From Camelus ferus (lineage: Eukaryota): a stretch of DNA of 64,000 nt. The stretch spans positions 14,446,001-14,510,000 of the forward strand of contig NC_045721.1 of the NCBI RefSeq assembly GCF_009834535.1, read 5' to 3'. The number at the start of each line of letters is the position of its first letter. Positions within the stretch are counted from its first letter, which is position 1. This document shows, piece after piece, positions 48,122 through 59,218 of the stretch. Made by a program: the position numbers and the translations under genes. The notes under the pieces are model-generated. The model was not told the origin of the DNA, made no database searches, and saw nothing but the letters and a program-made list of their open reading frames with translations.

Positions 48122-50830
48122 AAACTGCAGACTTTACTTGGGTTTCAGTGCCTGAGATGATGATTTGTCCTTTACTCTTTGGGGAACCTTGTCTCAATTT
48201 TCATAGAGAAGGTAAAGAAAAATTAGTGGGAAAGTGACACCAGCGATTCCCCATCACGTCGTGGGGGAAAGGGGGAAGCCTGGATGGCACTGACAGGGGC
48301 AGCTCTCTTCTCTTGCGTTGCCTGGGCTGGACAGGGCTATACTGCTGCTCCGTATGCATCACTGTCTTACTCAAGCTTCATAACAATCCGACGAGATACA
48401 TACTAACTTTGTATCACCAGTGAGGAAACTATACTCAGAGAAATTAGGTAACTTCTAACCAGGAGCAGATGGACAGTGCAGCCCAAGCACTTCTCATGTT
48501 TCAGGAAGGGGCCCTCATGGCTCACTTTTCCATTCAAGTGGGAAGAGAAAAAACAGCCTGTCCCGGGGGACTTCTAATAATATTTAATAGTCTAATATTA
48601 ATAGTCCAGTTACTATTCCTTTCTGCAGTACAGTCTATGCCTTCACAAAACAGCAAGTGCGATTACTACGCAGCTGTAAACTGAACACATCTTAACACCT
48701 ACCATTTGGTAGCAGTTAATATTTGGTGGCAGACGCTTTGCAATGCATTACCTCATGTCATCCTCGTGGCCACCCTCGAGGCAGACAGTGACTACTGCCA
48801 TTTTACAGCGAATGGAACTGGGACAGAAGACGTGCAGTACGACTTGCCCTACGTAGGTCACCCGGCTACCGAAAATGTGAACCTGGACAGTGTGACCACA
48901 CAGTCAAACCACTTGGTACCACTGCCTCAGATGTTAAAACTGAGCTGTAAATGTTGCTACCTAAATCTGTTTATCTCCATGTCTGCCCATACGACAGTCA
49001 ATCAAGCTGGCAGCTTTGAGAGCATTCTTCCTGGACTGTTTCATCAGAAGAACAATTTAAAGGGCTTCTCTCCTCTTCCCTCATGGAACCAAAACCCTTC
49101 CCAAGACACTGTGCACAGTTACTTGAGCCATTCGATCTGATTGCACAGCAGTAAGGACACCCCTCCTGAGAGTCTAGCCGTGGGTGACTGAAGGGTTCGG
49201 ACAGGCCAACCGCTGCATCCTGGCACTGACCGCGCAGCAGTGAAGCCACACCGGGCACCCTCTCCTTATCACAGACGGGAAGGTAAGACTGGGCACAAAC
49301 TGCTACGGCGATTTCCTGTCGGGCTTAAAAGCGACCAAGAGGAGGTGCTAAGTACCCTGGGTCCAGCTGAAATCACTGGACCGCGCTCTCCACTATGAGA
49401 GCATCCCCCATTCAGACAGATTGAATGAGAAGTGTGTTCCCTCTGCGTGCTTCTGCCTTCTTTCGGGGAGAGGCTGAAACGTGAACCTCCAGGTGGACTC
49501 AGCTCCACCTCCACCAGGTTATAGTGAACCGAGAAACACACAAAAAAGGCCTCTTTCCTGATCTGCTAACCCTATATCCGTTACATTATTTAAGGTACAG
49601 ACAAAAGCAAAGGAAGTTGGCCACTTGGGTAATCAAAAGGGCGGCAGTCAAGTGAAGTAACCTGGCAGGGAGCCTTGCAGACTCTGAGAGCCGGGCTGTT
49701 TCTTATCTGTGGTTTCCCTGAACTGTTTTCCTGGAACTCTCAAGTCTTTGGGGTCCTGAGGTTCCATCTGTCTTAAAATTACTTTTCCATAAAGAGTCCT
49801 TCATCAGGTCGGCAGACCGTGGTGCCCCAGCCTGGGTATCACGAATCTGGAGGGGGAGCTGGGAGTTTGGCATCACCCCCATCAGGAGGTGAAAAGAGAA
49901 GACGGATCAAGAGACAAGTCCTGACTCCACATTCACTGCTATTTGACTTTGCCCTGAGGGGAAACAACTTAAAAGAGCTCAAGTTCAGCAAATTATACTG
50001 ACAGTGTTTAAACTCTGGTGTTGTCCAAAGTAAAATGAGCAGTTTCTCCTAGAACTAGAGGAACACGGATCTCATCTCTGGCTGTTGCGTTTGCGTTGTT
50101 TACACACATGCCTACACTCACTTTCAGCACAGACAGAAAGCCACAGAGAGCAAGGAACTCAGCCTTCCAGTGAACTGCCCAGCACCTGGCTGCGGGCGGG
50201 CTCCCAGGCAGCACTCCCTCCAGCACGGTGGCACCTTCCTGTTGCATGAACCTAGGACTCCTTCAAGGAGAGACAAGAACCAGAACAGAGTTTGGCACCG
50301 GGTGGCGGGTGCCACAGACATCAGAAGCACGTGGCTCTCTGTGGAACTGGGTCCTCACTCCCCATCAGGCCCAGTTCTAAGATGAGCACAGAACGTGCCT
50401 TCTTCAGGCAGTTACCCCTTCCAGTTTTGTACTCACTACTCACAAACCACCCCAAGGAAGCATCAGATAATTACTGCTGTCACACAGGGCATCTTCCCAC
50501 CACCCATTGATATGAAAAATGGTTCAGGAAAAAAAAAATTAACGGGAATCCACACAATTACAAAAACCATTCTGCCCCTCTCTTCAGGAAGAGAAACGTT
50601 TTGGTCATCAGAAGCTCTGCTGGGCTTACTCAGATCAGTGCCTGGAATTCTGTGAACTTGAGGGCAAGCTGTCAGGGTTCAAAAGCCACGTCCACAGTAA
50701 GTGTTTGCACAGATACTGGAGTGAGACAGCGTGCAACTCCAGCCACCATGCAGAGAGGAAAACCAAACTATCCAATTTTCCCCTCGTCCCATAAAACTTA
50801 ACAAAACAAACAAACAAAAAAGACTCTTAC

Positions 50831-50897
50831 CTAGCTCTCCCCGGAGGTTAACAAGTTCTTGAGATAGGGTTTTGTGTTGTCTCAGTGCTTCCTCCTG
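50831..50897 (-). CDS. MTUS1: MTUS1 coding exon (67 nt; 64 nt with the distal tandem acceptor)
   Basis: ttttccgcag|CAG|GAG acceptor and ctag|gtaaga donor; encodes QEEALRQHKTLSQELVNLRGEL(V). Confidence 0.95.
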
Positions 50898-51719
50898 CTG
50901 CGGAAAACACACATCAAGTTACTCATGTTTTCAAGAGGGTCCCTTTCAGTAAAACACACGTTCGTTATCACCAGGAAAATGAGACTCAGGATCTAGAAGC
51001 CAAGATATGAATCACTTAGGCTAACAGTCTGTGTTGTTAAAAAACACAGATGTCCCCTAGTTGTTAAGGAAATTCACGTTTCAAAAATCTGTCTTTTCTC
51101 AGGTCCTTGTGAAACTTTCACTGGAGGCACTGAACAGCCCATTTAAAAATATTTACTTTGAGCCAGGCTTCAATGCCGATCCCAGAACCTTCCAGCTACT
51201 GCATACTGCATTTAAGACGTAATGCATTCTCCCCCTCCAAGGGCAATAAAGGCCTATCAGTTTAAGATAAATATTTAATGTTCTACACATATGCACTTAT
51301 ATGCACTTTGTCCTGTATCTGCAAATAAAAAAGTTTCCTTACGAGGCCAAGCCTTTACTTCTAAAAGAAAGATGCAAAGTCTGTCACAAAGCCACGGCGA
51401 AAAAAAAATAATCCTTTAAAGACAAAATGAAATTAATTGTCCTCAGCTCCACATTATTTTCTAAGGATGATAATATGTTGGATCAGGTATAATTCTAAGG
51501 AGGTGTTAGAGAAACGAATCAAAGAAAACCAGGCAGCTGTTTCAGAATCAAAAAAGCAACTAGCAAAAGAGAACAATTTCCAAGTTACCAGCAACTCACA
51601 GCAAGCCCACATACACACACGAAGACAAATACAGCGATTAGATACAATTTTTTAAATGCAGATTCCCTACCACCGGGTTGTAAGGAAGGAAAAGGGCAGA
51701 ATTCAAAGCTCTCTGGAAA

Positions 51720-52200
51720 TGCCCTCCCTGGGGTCACCCAAGACGGAGCTCCCGCCGCATCCTGATCCAGCGTTGCAGAGATCCTGAGGCCGGCCTTTGC
51801 AGGCAAGAGTTGCTTGTCATTCAGAGCACTTCCCCCTAACGCCAGACATCCTCCGCCTTAGTCCCTGACATTCTTCCAGAAAAGGACTATAAGCAAATAC
51901 GAATTACCCTGGTTGCCGCACACGGAGAATAGAGGCACATTTTGCTGCCGGAGCAGCCCATTTTCCAGCTTCTGTCTCCAACTCCCCCCGCCCCCCGCAC
52001 CGGCCGAGAAGTGCACAGGTGGCCGCGCCACCCACCAGTCCGGTCCGGCTACATTCGCAGCGCGGCCAGGAGGCGCGCCATTGGCCCCGGGCTCGCCCTC
52101 CTCCGTCCTGCAGGTTACCGTTTGCCTCCGACGTCCCTCCGCACAGGAGCTGATGCTGCAGCTTCTGCCTCTGGCACCGGCGGCCTGCGATTACTTAAAG
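51720..52200 (-). promoter_or_regulatory. MTUS1: Intragenic CpG island, probable internal MTUS1 promoter
   Basis: Dense CpG in an AT-rich intron; on the minus strand a GC box GGGGGCGGGG about 30 nt upstream of the ATG at 51961 and CCAAT near 52080-52084. Confidence 0.75.
51908..51961 (-). CDS. MTUS1: MTUS1 alternative first coding exon, MGCSGSKMCLYSPCAATR
   Basis: Strong Kozak (gaaaATGG), 18 codons, donor agg|gtaatt in phase 0, in frame with the phase-0 acceptor at 50897; sits in the CpG island. Confidence 0.8.
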
Positions 52201-53344
52201 CCACAGCCCTTCATTTATGAAAAAAGAGAGCCAGGCATGCGACTGATCGATTGCCACTTACTTAAGTATCAGCTGGTACAGTGGAAGGAAAAACCGACCT
52301 CCTCAACGTGGATAATGGAGTTATTTTTAGATTTGTCAGCCTTTTTATTCCCTTCTCTAATTGAGGTCATTAGATTATCATACCTGCTAACAGAAGAGGG
52401 AAATTTGTTCTCCAAAACAAATTGAAGTGAGTTATGAACGAGGTGAAAAATGGGGAAAGTGTGGGTTGTGACTTAGAATTTAAAATGACATTGTAAAACA
52501 AATGGTGTTTCCCGGAAAACCTAATTGGAATGCTTAGAACGTGGTCCACTGGCGTTTTAAGAAGTGGTGTGACGTGCTGATTGGAAAGTTGGCGATCAGA
52601 TACGTATTTTATGATTTTTACTTTTTATTTTGCAGTAACCTCTCACTAAAGAGCTAAAGGAGTTAGTGACACACTGGACTGTCATGTGGACATTTAACAG
52701 TGACTGGAATTTAAGAAACACTTTCTCAATGGGTACATTTTGGCCTTAATGGTATTCAAAATGCTTGATTCTTAAAATGCAGTGTTAAGTTGTTCTGAAA
52801 TCACAAATCAGAGAGTCCAGGTTTCTAAAGTGATTAAGTAATGAGTTTTCTAATGTAGAAATTAAAGTTTGGATAAAAAGTTTACTTAAATGCAGTAGCT
52901 ACTGGATAAAACCGGACGAATATCAAATAAACATACATATGCTATATACTTCCTCTTAATCTCAAATTTAAGCGTCAATTTTGTCTCCTTAATAATCTAG
53001 TTCAAGTAAGTACTGGCAAGTTTTGTCACTAAAGTAACAAGAAACCAGAAGTCAGCTTTACTAGATACCCACAGGTGGCCTTGTGACACATTCGGTGACC
53101 TTGCTTAAATTCACTCTTTTCCAATAGTAAGCAGCTAAATTGCTAATAGAAGGAAAAGTTGGCAAGAAGATAAATCGTTTTTCAAATTTCCACAAATTTG
53201 AAAAATAAGAATTAAAAAATTATGTAGGTATATAATTTCCAGGAGTAATTTTATGAAAACCTTTACATTCTATCACAAATACCTACCAGGTGATCTTCCT
53301 GCTTATTAAAGGGCCTTTCAGGACAAGCAATTTCAGTACAATCA

Positions 53345-53508
53345 AAACCCAAGGTTGACTGAACCTGTGCTGCGGAGCCCGGGGCAGGCAAGGCCCACTG
53401 TACTACACCATTTTATGTGAGGGACTTGTGCCTCCATGGATTTTGGTATATGTTGTGGGGGGCGGTGGTTCTGGAACCAATCCCCCACAGATCCCAAGGG
53501 ACTACTGT
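53345..53508 (+). mobile_element. MER2/Tigger-like DNA transposon end
   Basis: ggattttggtat...ctggaaccaatcccccacagatcccaagggactactg resembles the MER2 terminus. Confidence 0.7.
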
Positions 53509-56500
53509 GCCCACATGGACATTTCCCTCAGCTCTACTGCCCTCAGCCTTCCTTGATGCCCAGAAGCCATCGATATCTTCCAACCTCTGTCAATGCCAGT
53601 GACAGTAACAGGAAAACCGTGAGGTCAGTTTGTGCTCGTCTTCATCTAAATGATTATGCCAAAGTCGGTCAGCTCTCCCTTCCTCACATGTCTTGAATCC
53701 ATTGCACTTTTTCTATGAGTGCTGCCTCTGCCCTGGTCCTGATACTTGCCAACCCTCCACATTATGGAAAGCCTCCCTCCACACCATCCTGCACAGGGCT
53801 GGTAGATTTTTATCCCATATTCTTGCCCTTCATCTGAGTGCAGTCTTCCACTGAGTGCATAAACAATAAACTTCCATGAATCTCAATCATCCAGCTCCTG
53901 TTTCGACTCCCAACTCCTCTTCTGTCCAAGTTGCTCGCCATGCATGTCACACTTCCCCAAGCTGGAATGCCTGGTCTTCTGTACCTGACCCATTTTACAT
54001 ACCTTCAGGGAACGCTAACTGTCAATCACAGATATTATCCCCTTTCCCCAGATGCCAAGGCAGGGCATTTATCCTTCTGAGTTGGTTGCCAAGTTATTAC
54101 CAACCAAAGTACCATTTAACCAAGAACCATTCCAGATGCTGGGAAAAATATGGAAAAAATTTAAGACATGTTTCTTGCTTCAAGAAGCTTGGGACCTGGG
54201 TAGAATTAAAACATCCAGGCCAATAACTGAAGGCAGATTACCTCATCTGAGGGGAAGCAGTACAGGATAATGGGAAAACCAAGGGCTTTAAACACAATCC
54301 TCTGTGAAATGCTGACCACGGTCCCCATACCATGCACACACGCAGCGTTCCTTTCTACCTGACTCCTGGTAGCTTGCCCTGTAAGACATTTACCCTTTAT
54401 CTGCAGACGACAAAATGCATTTTGTCACTCAGATATTGATTGCCTGTTTCTTTTTATTTAGCTGCTCCTCTATCAGTGTTTCTGTCTTAGATGATAAACT
54501 CTCTATTGTCCAGATAACAAGTTTATTTAATTCTCTTTGTTTATTTAATTCCCTTTGTGTTGTAACATGCAGAATTCCATACAATGTGAAAAAAGAGGGA
54601 GGTGGGAATCTGGATGGAAAAATGCTTTTATCCTCATGCATTAAATGTAGGAAGTGCCCCAAGGGGGGAAAAAAAAAGGATTCACCATAATTTAATTAGG
54701 AATCCCTGGGACACAGGCACTTAGTCTCTGGCTGTCGTCCCATCAGTGGGCCTGAACTGCCAGCTACCAAAGGGCATCAGCAGCACAGGGGATTATGCAG
54801 AAGAGAGCCACGTCAGGTGGCTCAGATGTGCGCCATCTCGGACCTCCTCCCCACCACCACGCAGTGAATCACAGCCACTGTTTTGGTTGTGAGACATTTT
54901 TACTTGTAACAGACTGCTAATGTCATTCAAAATTCATCTTTGTTTAGGTGCTACTTTAGGTTAGATTCCACTTTCAAAAACAGAATTGGAGGCTCACTGA
55001 ATAATTAGTCAGAGGTTTGGGGTGAGCGGTGACCTTGGTCCTGCTCACGTGTACCTAGAAATTCACCCACAGACACTTTTATGAAGAAATTGGGTATTGC
55101 CTCCATCAACACTGTCCTTCACTTGGTCTGTCTGTACAGAACACTGTACAATTATGCAAGGATAAGCCAAGAATTAGAACAAACTAAAACCAACAGTCGT
55201 GTGTCTTTTGAGAAACAGTCTGGTATTGGTTTCCAGATGCATGAGACACTCATCAGAACTTCTGCTATGTAATGAATGCCATCTGCCGCTACAGTGGGAA
55301 AGTTGTAGTTATTAAATGGACTCACAACCAAAGGATAAGTGAGAGTGGCTGGATTTCCTATAACCAACCATTTTTACCCATGATTTAATGCTCGGAAACC
55401 ATTTAGAAAAAGTCAGCAACAATAAGATCTTTATGTATATATAGATCAGTCTACATCTATAATCTACATTCTACCTGTCTATGTGTCTGTCTATCACTTC
55501 TGTAATGAGTATGCAAGAACCAAAGGGTTAAGTAAAAATTTGGAGGAAAAAAAAAAAAGGCCTAACTTTCCTCCTGGTTATGTCTTTCCTTTCCAACTGT
55601 TTTATAACCGTGCCCTGCATACATGAGGCAATCAGTAAATATTTGCCAATTGGTTATAAAGAGCAAAGAACATCGACATAAAGACTTTACATGCTCGTCT
55701 TACATCTGGGACCCCATCCCCCTCACCCGTCCGTGTGTTCACTGGGATACACTCTGTCTGACTGTCACGTATAAGGCACCGCCATGGCAGCCGGGGCGCC
55801 TTCCTAGGAACACACCAGACGCAGATCCTGCTCTCATGGAGCTTCCTGTCCTAAAGACTAAGAACAAGTGCGAAACGGCAATCTCCAAGGTAGAGGGTCA
55901 GAGAAATAAAAGTGCTCCTAGAACCCCGAGAGCAGACAGAACATAGAGCTAGAAGGACCAGGGAAGACTTCTTTTTAGAGCATTTGCAAGCTGAATTTTA
56001 AGAAATCCAATGGAGTCACAATTGCATGGGCCTTAGGACCTAAACTGAGTGTAAGATGAAATCCCCATGCAGTCCAAATACCCAAAAACTCATTGAGAGT
56101 TTGCCCTGCTGTGGACTGAAAAATCTTCTCTCAGTATGCCCAACTCGATGAATGTTTTTCTCTAGTGTTGGACCTAATCTTTCTCCAACTGAGCACCTGA
56201 TAAAATGTTTGGCTTGTCGTTAGGGGCCAAGTTGTATGGGAGGAAAGTATCTTTAAACACTAGGACCACATGGAGCGTGGAAGGGTCATGCCACGTGAGG
56301 TCCTGAGGGCCTGGGAACACAGCTGCAGGAAGAAGTCTCCTGTCCTCCACCCCACACCCACTCCCGGGCCTTTGCTCACTGAGAGGCATGGAAGGCAAGA
56401 CTGCCTCATCTATTTAATTTGCATTTTTAACTTTGATGGTTTGTATAATGGATCCATGTAAATTAAATCCAGGTAGTACTGTGATGCAACTACGAGAAAG

Positions 56501-56569
56501 ATGTGAACATGTAGGTATTAGGGAGAGGGGTGGTAATAGTATTTGTAGCAGGAAGTTTGTAGGGGATTT

Positions 56570-56760
56570 TGAGTTCGTAATGTCCTAGACCTGGGTTCAA
56601 GTTCTGGTCCTCCTCTTATCAGCTGTCTGATGATAGTCAAGCCCAGTGCTATGCCTCAATTTCCTTATTTGTAAATTGTAACTTGTGTTTTTGGAGAGGA
56701 TTTTATTGTAAGTAAGAACGTCTGGTACTTAGTAAATATTTCAACAAATGGTAAATCCCT
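56570..56760 (+). mobile_element. MIR SINE fragment
   Basis: agacctgggttcaagttctgg...gcctcaatttccttatttgtaaa...tggtacttagtaaatatt resembles MIR. Confidence 0.7.
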
Positions 56761-56874
56761 CCTGCTTCTCCTCCATCTTCCTGATGACAGAGTCGGAGCA
56801 TCTGGGCAGGGAGGCGACGGTTAAAAGGGGCAATTGGTGCCAAATTACAGAGAGTCTTATATTCCAAGTGACAT

Positions 56875-57180
56875 ACCAGAGTCATCCAAAACAAATATCA
56901 TGTGAACCATGTATGGAATTTTAATTTCCTAGTAGCCACACTTCTTAAGTGCAAAAGATTAAACTAATTTAATAATATATTTTATTTAATCCCATATATC
57001 CAAATGGTCATTTCAACATCTAGTCAATAGGAAAATTAACAAGATAATTTTACATCCTTTTTTCCACACTGTCTTCAAAATCCACGCGTATTTTACACTA
57101 ATTGCATATCTCAGTTCAGCCTGATGACACGCAAATGCTCAATAGCTTTGTAAGGCCAGTGGTTGCCAAACTGGACAGAT
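56875..57180. mobile_element. MER33-like hAT-Charlie fossil
   Basis: aattttaatttcctagtagccacac...aataatatattttatttaatccc...caaatgctcaatagc...gtggttgccaaactggacag. Boundaries approximate. Confidence 0.7.
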
Positions 57181-58260
57181 CAGATGTGGACAATGGAGAA
57201 CCACTGAAGGTTTTAATCAGTAGAGTGGATGCTTTGGAAATGTGAATCTTAGCGGGGCTTGGGATGGATTATGGGGAAGAGGATGCAAGCCTGAAGACTG
57301 GTTAAGAAGTTATCATCAGAATCTAGTAGACAGTTACCCAGGGTTTGAACATGGTTGGCATCAGTAGAAATGGAAAAGAGGGTGTGGATAAAGAGGAGAG
57401 ACACTGGGATGCGGACTCACCAGACATGACTGCTTTCATGTGGGAGATCAGGGAGGGAGAAGAGGCTAGACACAGTCAAATAAATAACTGGTTTGTTACT
57501 AAATAGACAAATTAGTTGTTCCCTACACTTGATATTATGTAGTTTCCAATTTACCTTGCTTGGTCATCTTAACCAACTCTCAGATTCCTTTCTTACATAT
57601 TAAAGAAAAACAAAACTACTGTATCCTACTGTCATTTAAAAACAAGGTAAATGTCTCCATCTCCCTCACAAAAGAACATATTTGGACAAAGCTGTAAAAT
57701 GTTCACCATATACTGATTCAAACTGTCTGCTAGCTTGGTAGCTCGTCAAAGGCACAGACCAAGTCTCATTCACCAGACAGGCAACCATATCAGAGCAGCC
57801 TCTGGAAGAAATGAATAGGTTTCTTGGATGGAACTCAGCTACAGAACAAACACACTGAGATGTCATGTACCCTTATCTTTCAAACGGCGATTAAAAAATA
57901 CCTCAAGAGTTCAAGTTGTATTCTCATCTCGGTATTTCCTCTTAAATAATTATGATTTTTATTGCTTTGCCAGTAGCACAAGTTCATAGAAACTCGGTTT
58001 TCTCAATGAATTCTAACTAGTTCCTGAATTAACATCCCTGTAGAGTATCAGGGAAGAGTAAGTAAACAGAGAAAATCTGTTTTGTGTTTGGTGGACAACA
58101 GACTACGTTAGGAACAGATGGAATCCCCAGACCTGTGCTGGCAGTTACCTCACAAGTGTTCTTTGACCCATAAATATCATCAACCTCATTTTTTTCAAAG
58201 CATTAAACTATGTGTGACATGGAAAGCTACATAAAGTTTGACCAAAAAATTAAGTGAAAA

Positions 58261-58725
58261 TGTTGATACTGTGAAATAAAATTTTTATTTTATGCCAAGA
58301 CAAAAAAAATTTAAACACGAAAAAAATTTTCTCTGCCCTCTGGCTCCACTCATCCCTCTGCTATCCATTATGTATCTGGGTGATGCACTGACCTCCCCGT
58401 GGGCAGAAATACCTACTCAACCATAAACAGCAACGTTCTTCCAGCATCGGTAAGGCAACTCCTTAAAAGATAACATTCCTTCCTGAGCCTGTAAGAGGTC
58501 ATATGACCCACCGCTTCATACCTCCAGTGTAAACTGTCAATAACATGTCATCTAGCACACAGCCCTCAGTCTCAAAAACCTTATACAACTGTGCCTTGAC
58601 TTCTTAATGGGTGGAACATTTTCTGCAATTTTCTGACATGCTGTTCCCAGGTTATAATCCTCAATTTGGCTCGAATAAAATTTTCCATTTCTTTCTTAGA
58701 TCATGTGATTAACTTTTCGTTGACG
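58261..58725 (+). mobile_element. Putative ERV solo LTR
   Basis: Starts TGTTGA; TATA-like ccttatac near 58578; AATAAA at 58674-58679; ends ttttcgttgac(g); no TSD resolved and family not identified. Confidence 0.5.
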
Positions 58726-59003
58726 TGTATGGAAGTTTAACAGACGATTATCTTTTCACTGTTGTTGGTCAGAGAGACTCCAGAGGGGAAAGGGGAGGCA
58801 CTAAGAAACGTTTCAACCCCAAATGTCTAGAGAGTGACTCGGGTGTCAAGTGAGTTAACAAAAGCACAACTGGATGAATTATCTGTGATCTAAACAATCG
58901 TTAACTTAAAGACAGTCACAAGACAGGTGCGTAAGCACCCCCACCCCCGACCCGCCCTGCCCCACCTTAGTGAGAAGACGGTTTAGAGGGCATGTGTCCT
59001 TAC

Positions 59004-59218
59004 CTCAGACAGCAGGTGCTGGATCACCACTGTTAACGCTTCCAACTTGGTATTACCACAGGAGAGAAGCTGCTTGAGCTGCACAATAAATCCACTTTGG
59101 TTTTCACATTTTGTTTTATACCGAGCCAACTCAAGTGTTTTTTCAGAGGACAGCACATCTGGAGACGTCTGGGTCTGGATACATAAACTCCTGGGATTCT
59201 TCTGCCTGCCCTTTTCAA
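59004..59218 (-). CDS. MTUS1: MTUS1 coding exon (215 nt), first exon common to the long ATIP isoforms
   Basis: ccttttgcag acceptor and gag|gtaagg donor; encodes (V)[71 protein letters not shown]. Confidence 0.96.

Noticed and set aside
54521-54556. 18-bp tandem duplication gtttatttaattc(t/c)cttt
   Set aside because: Ordinary slippage duplication in AT-rich intron; two units only, not a CRISPR-like array.
59040-59050. MTUS1 TKLEAL where I recall TKFEAL in human and mouse
   Set aside because: Single conservative hydrophobic change, comparison rests on memory, no basis for a functional claim.
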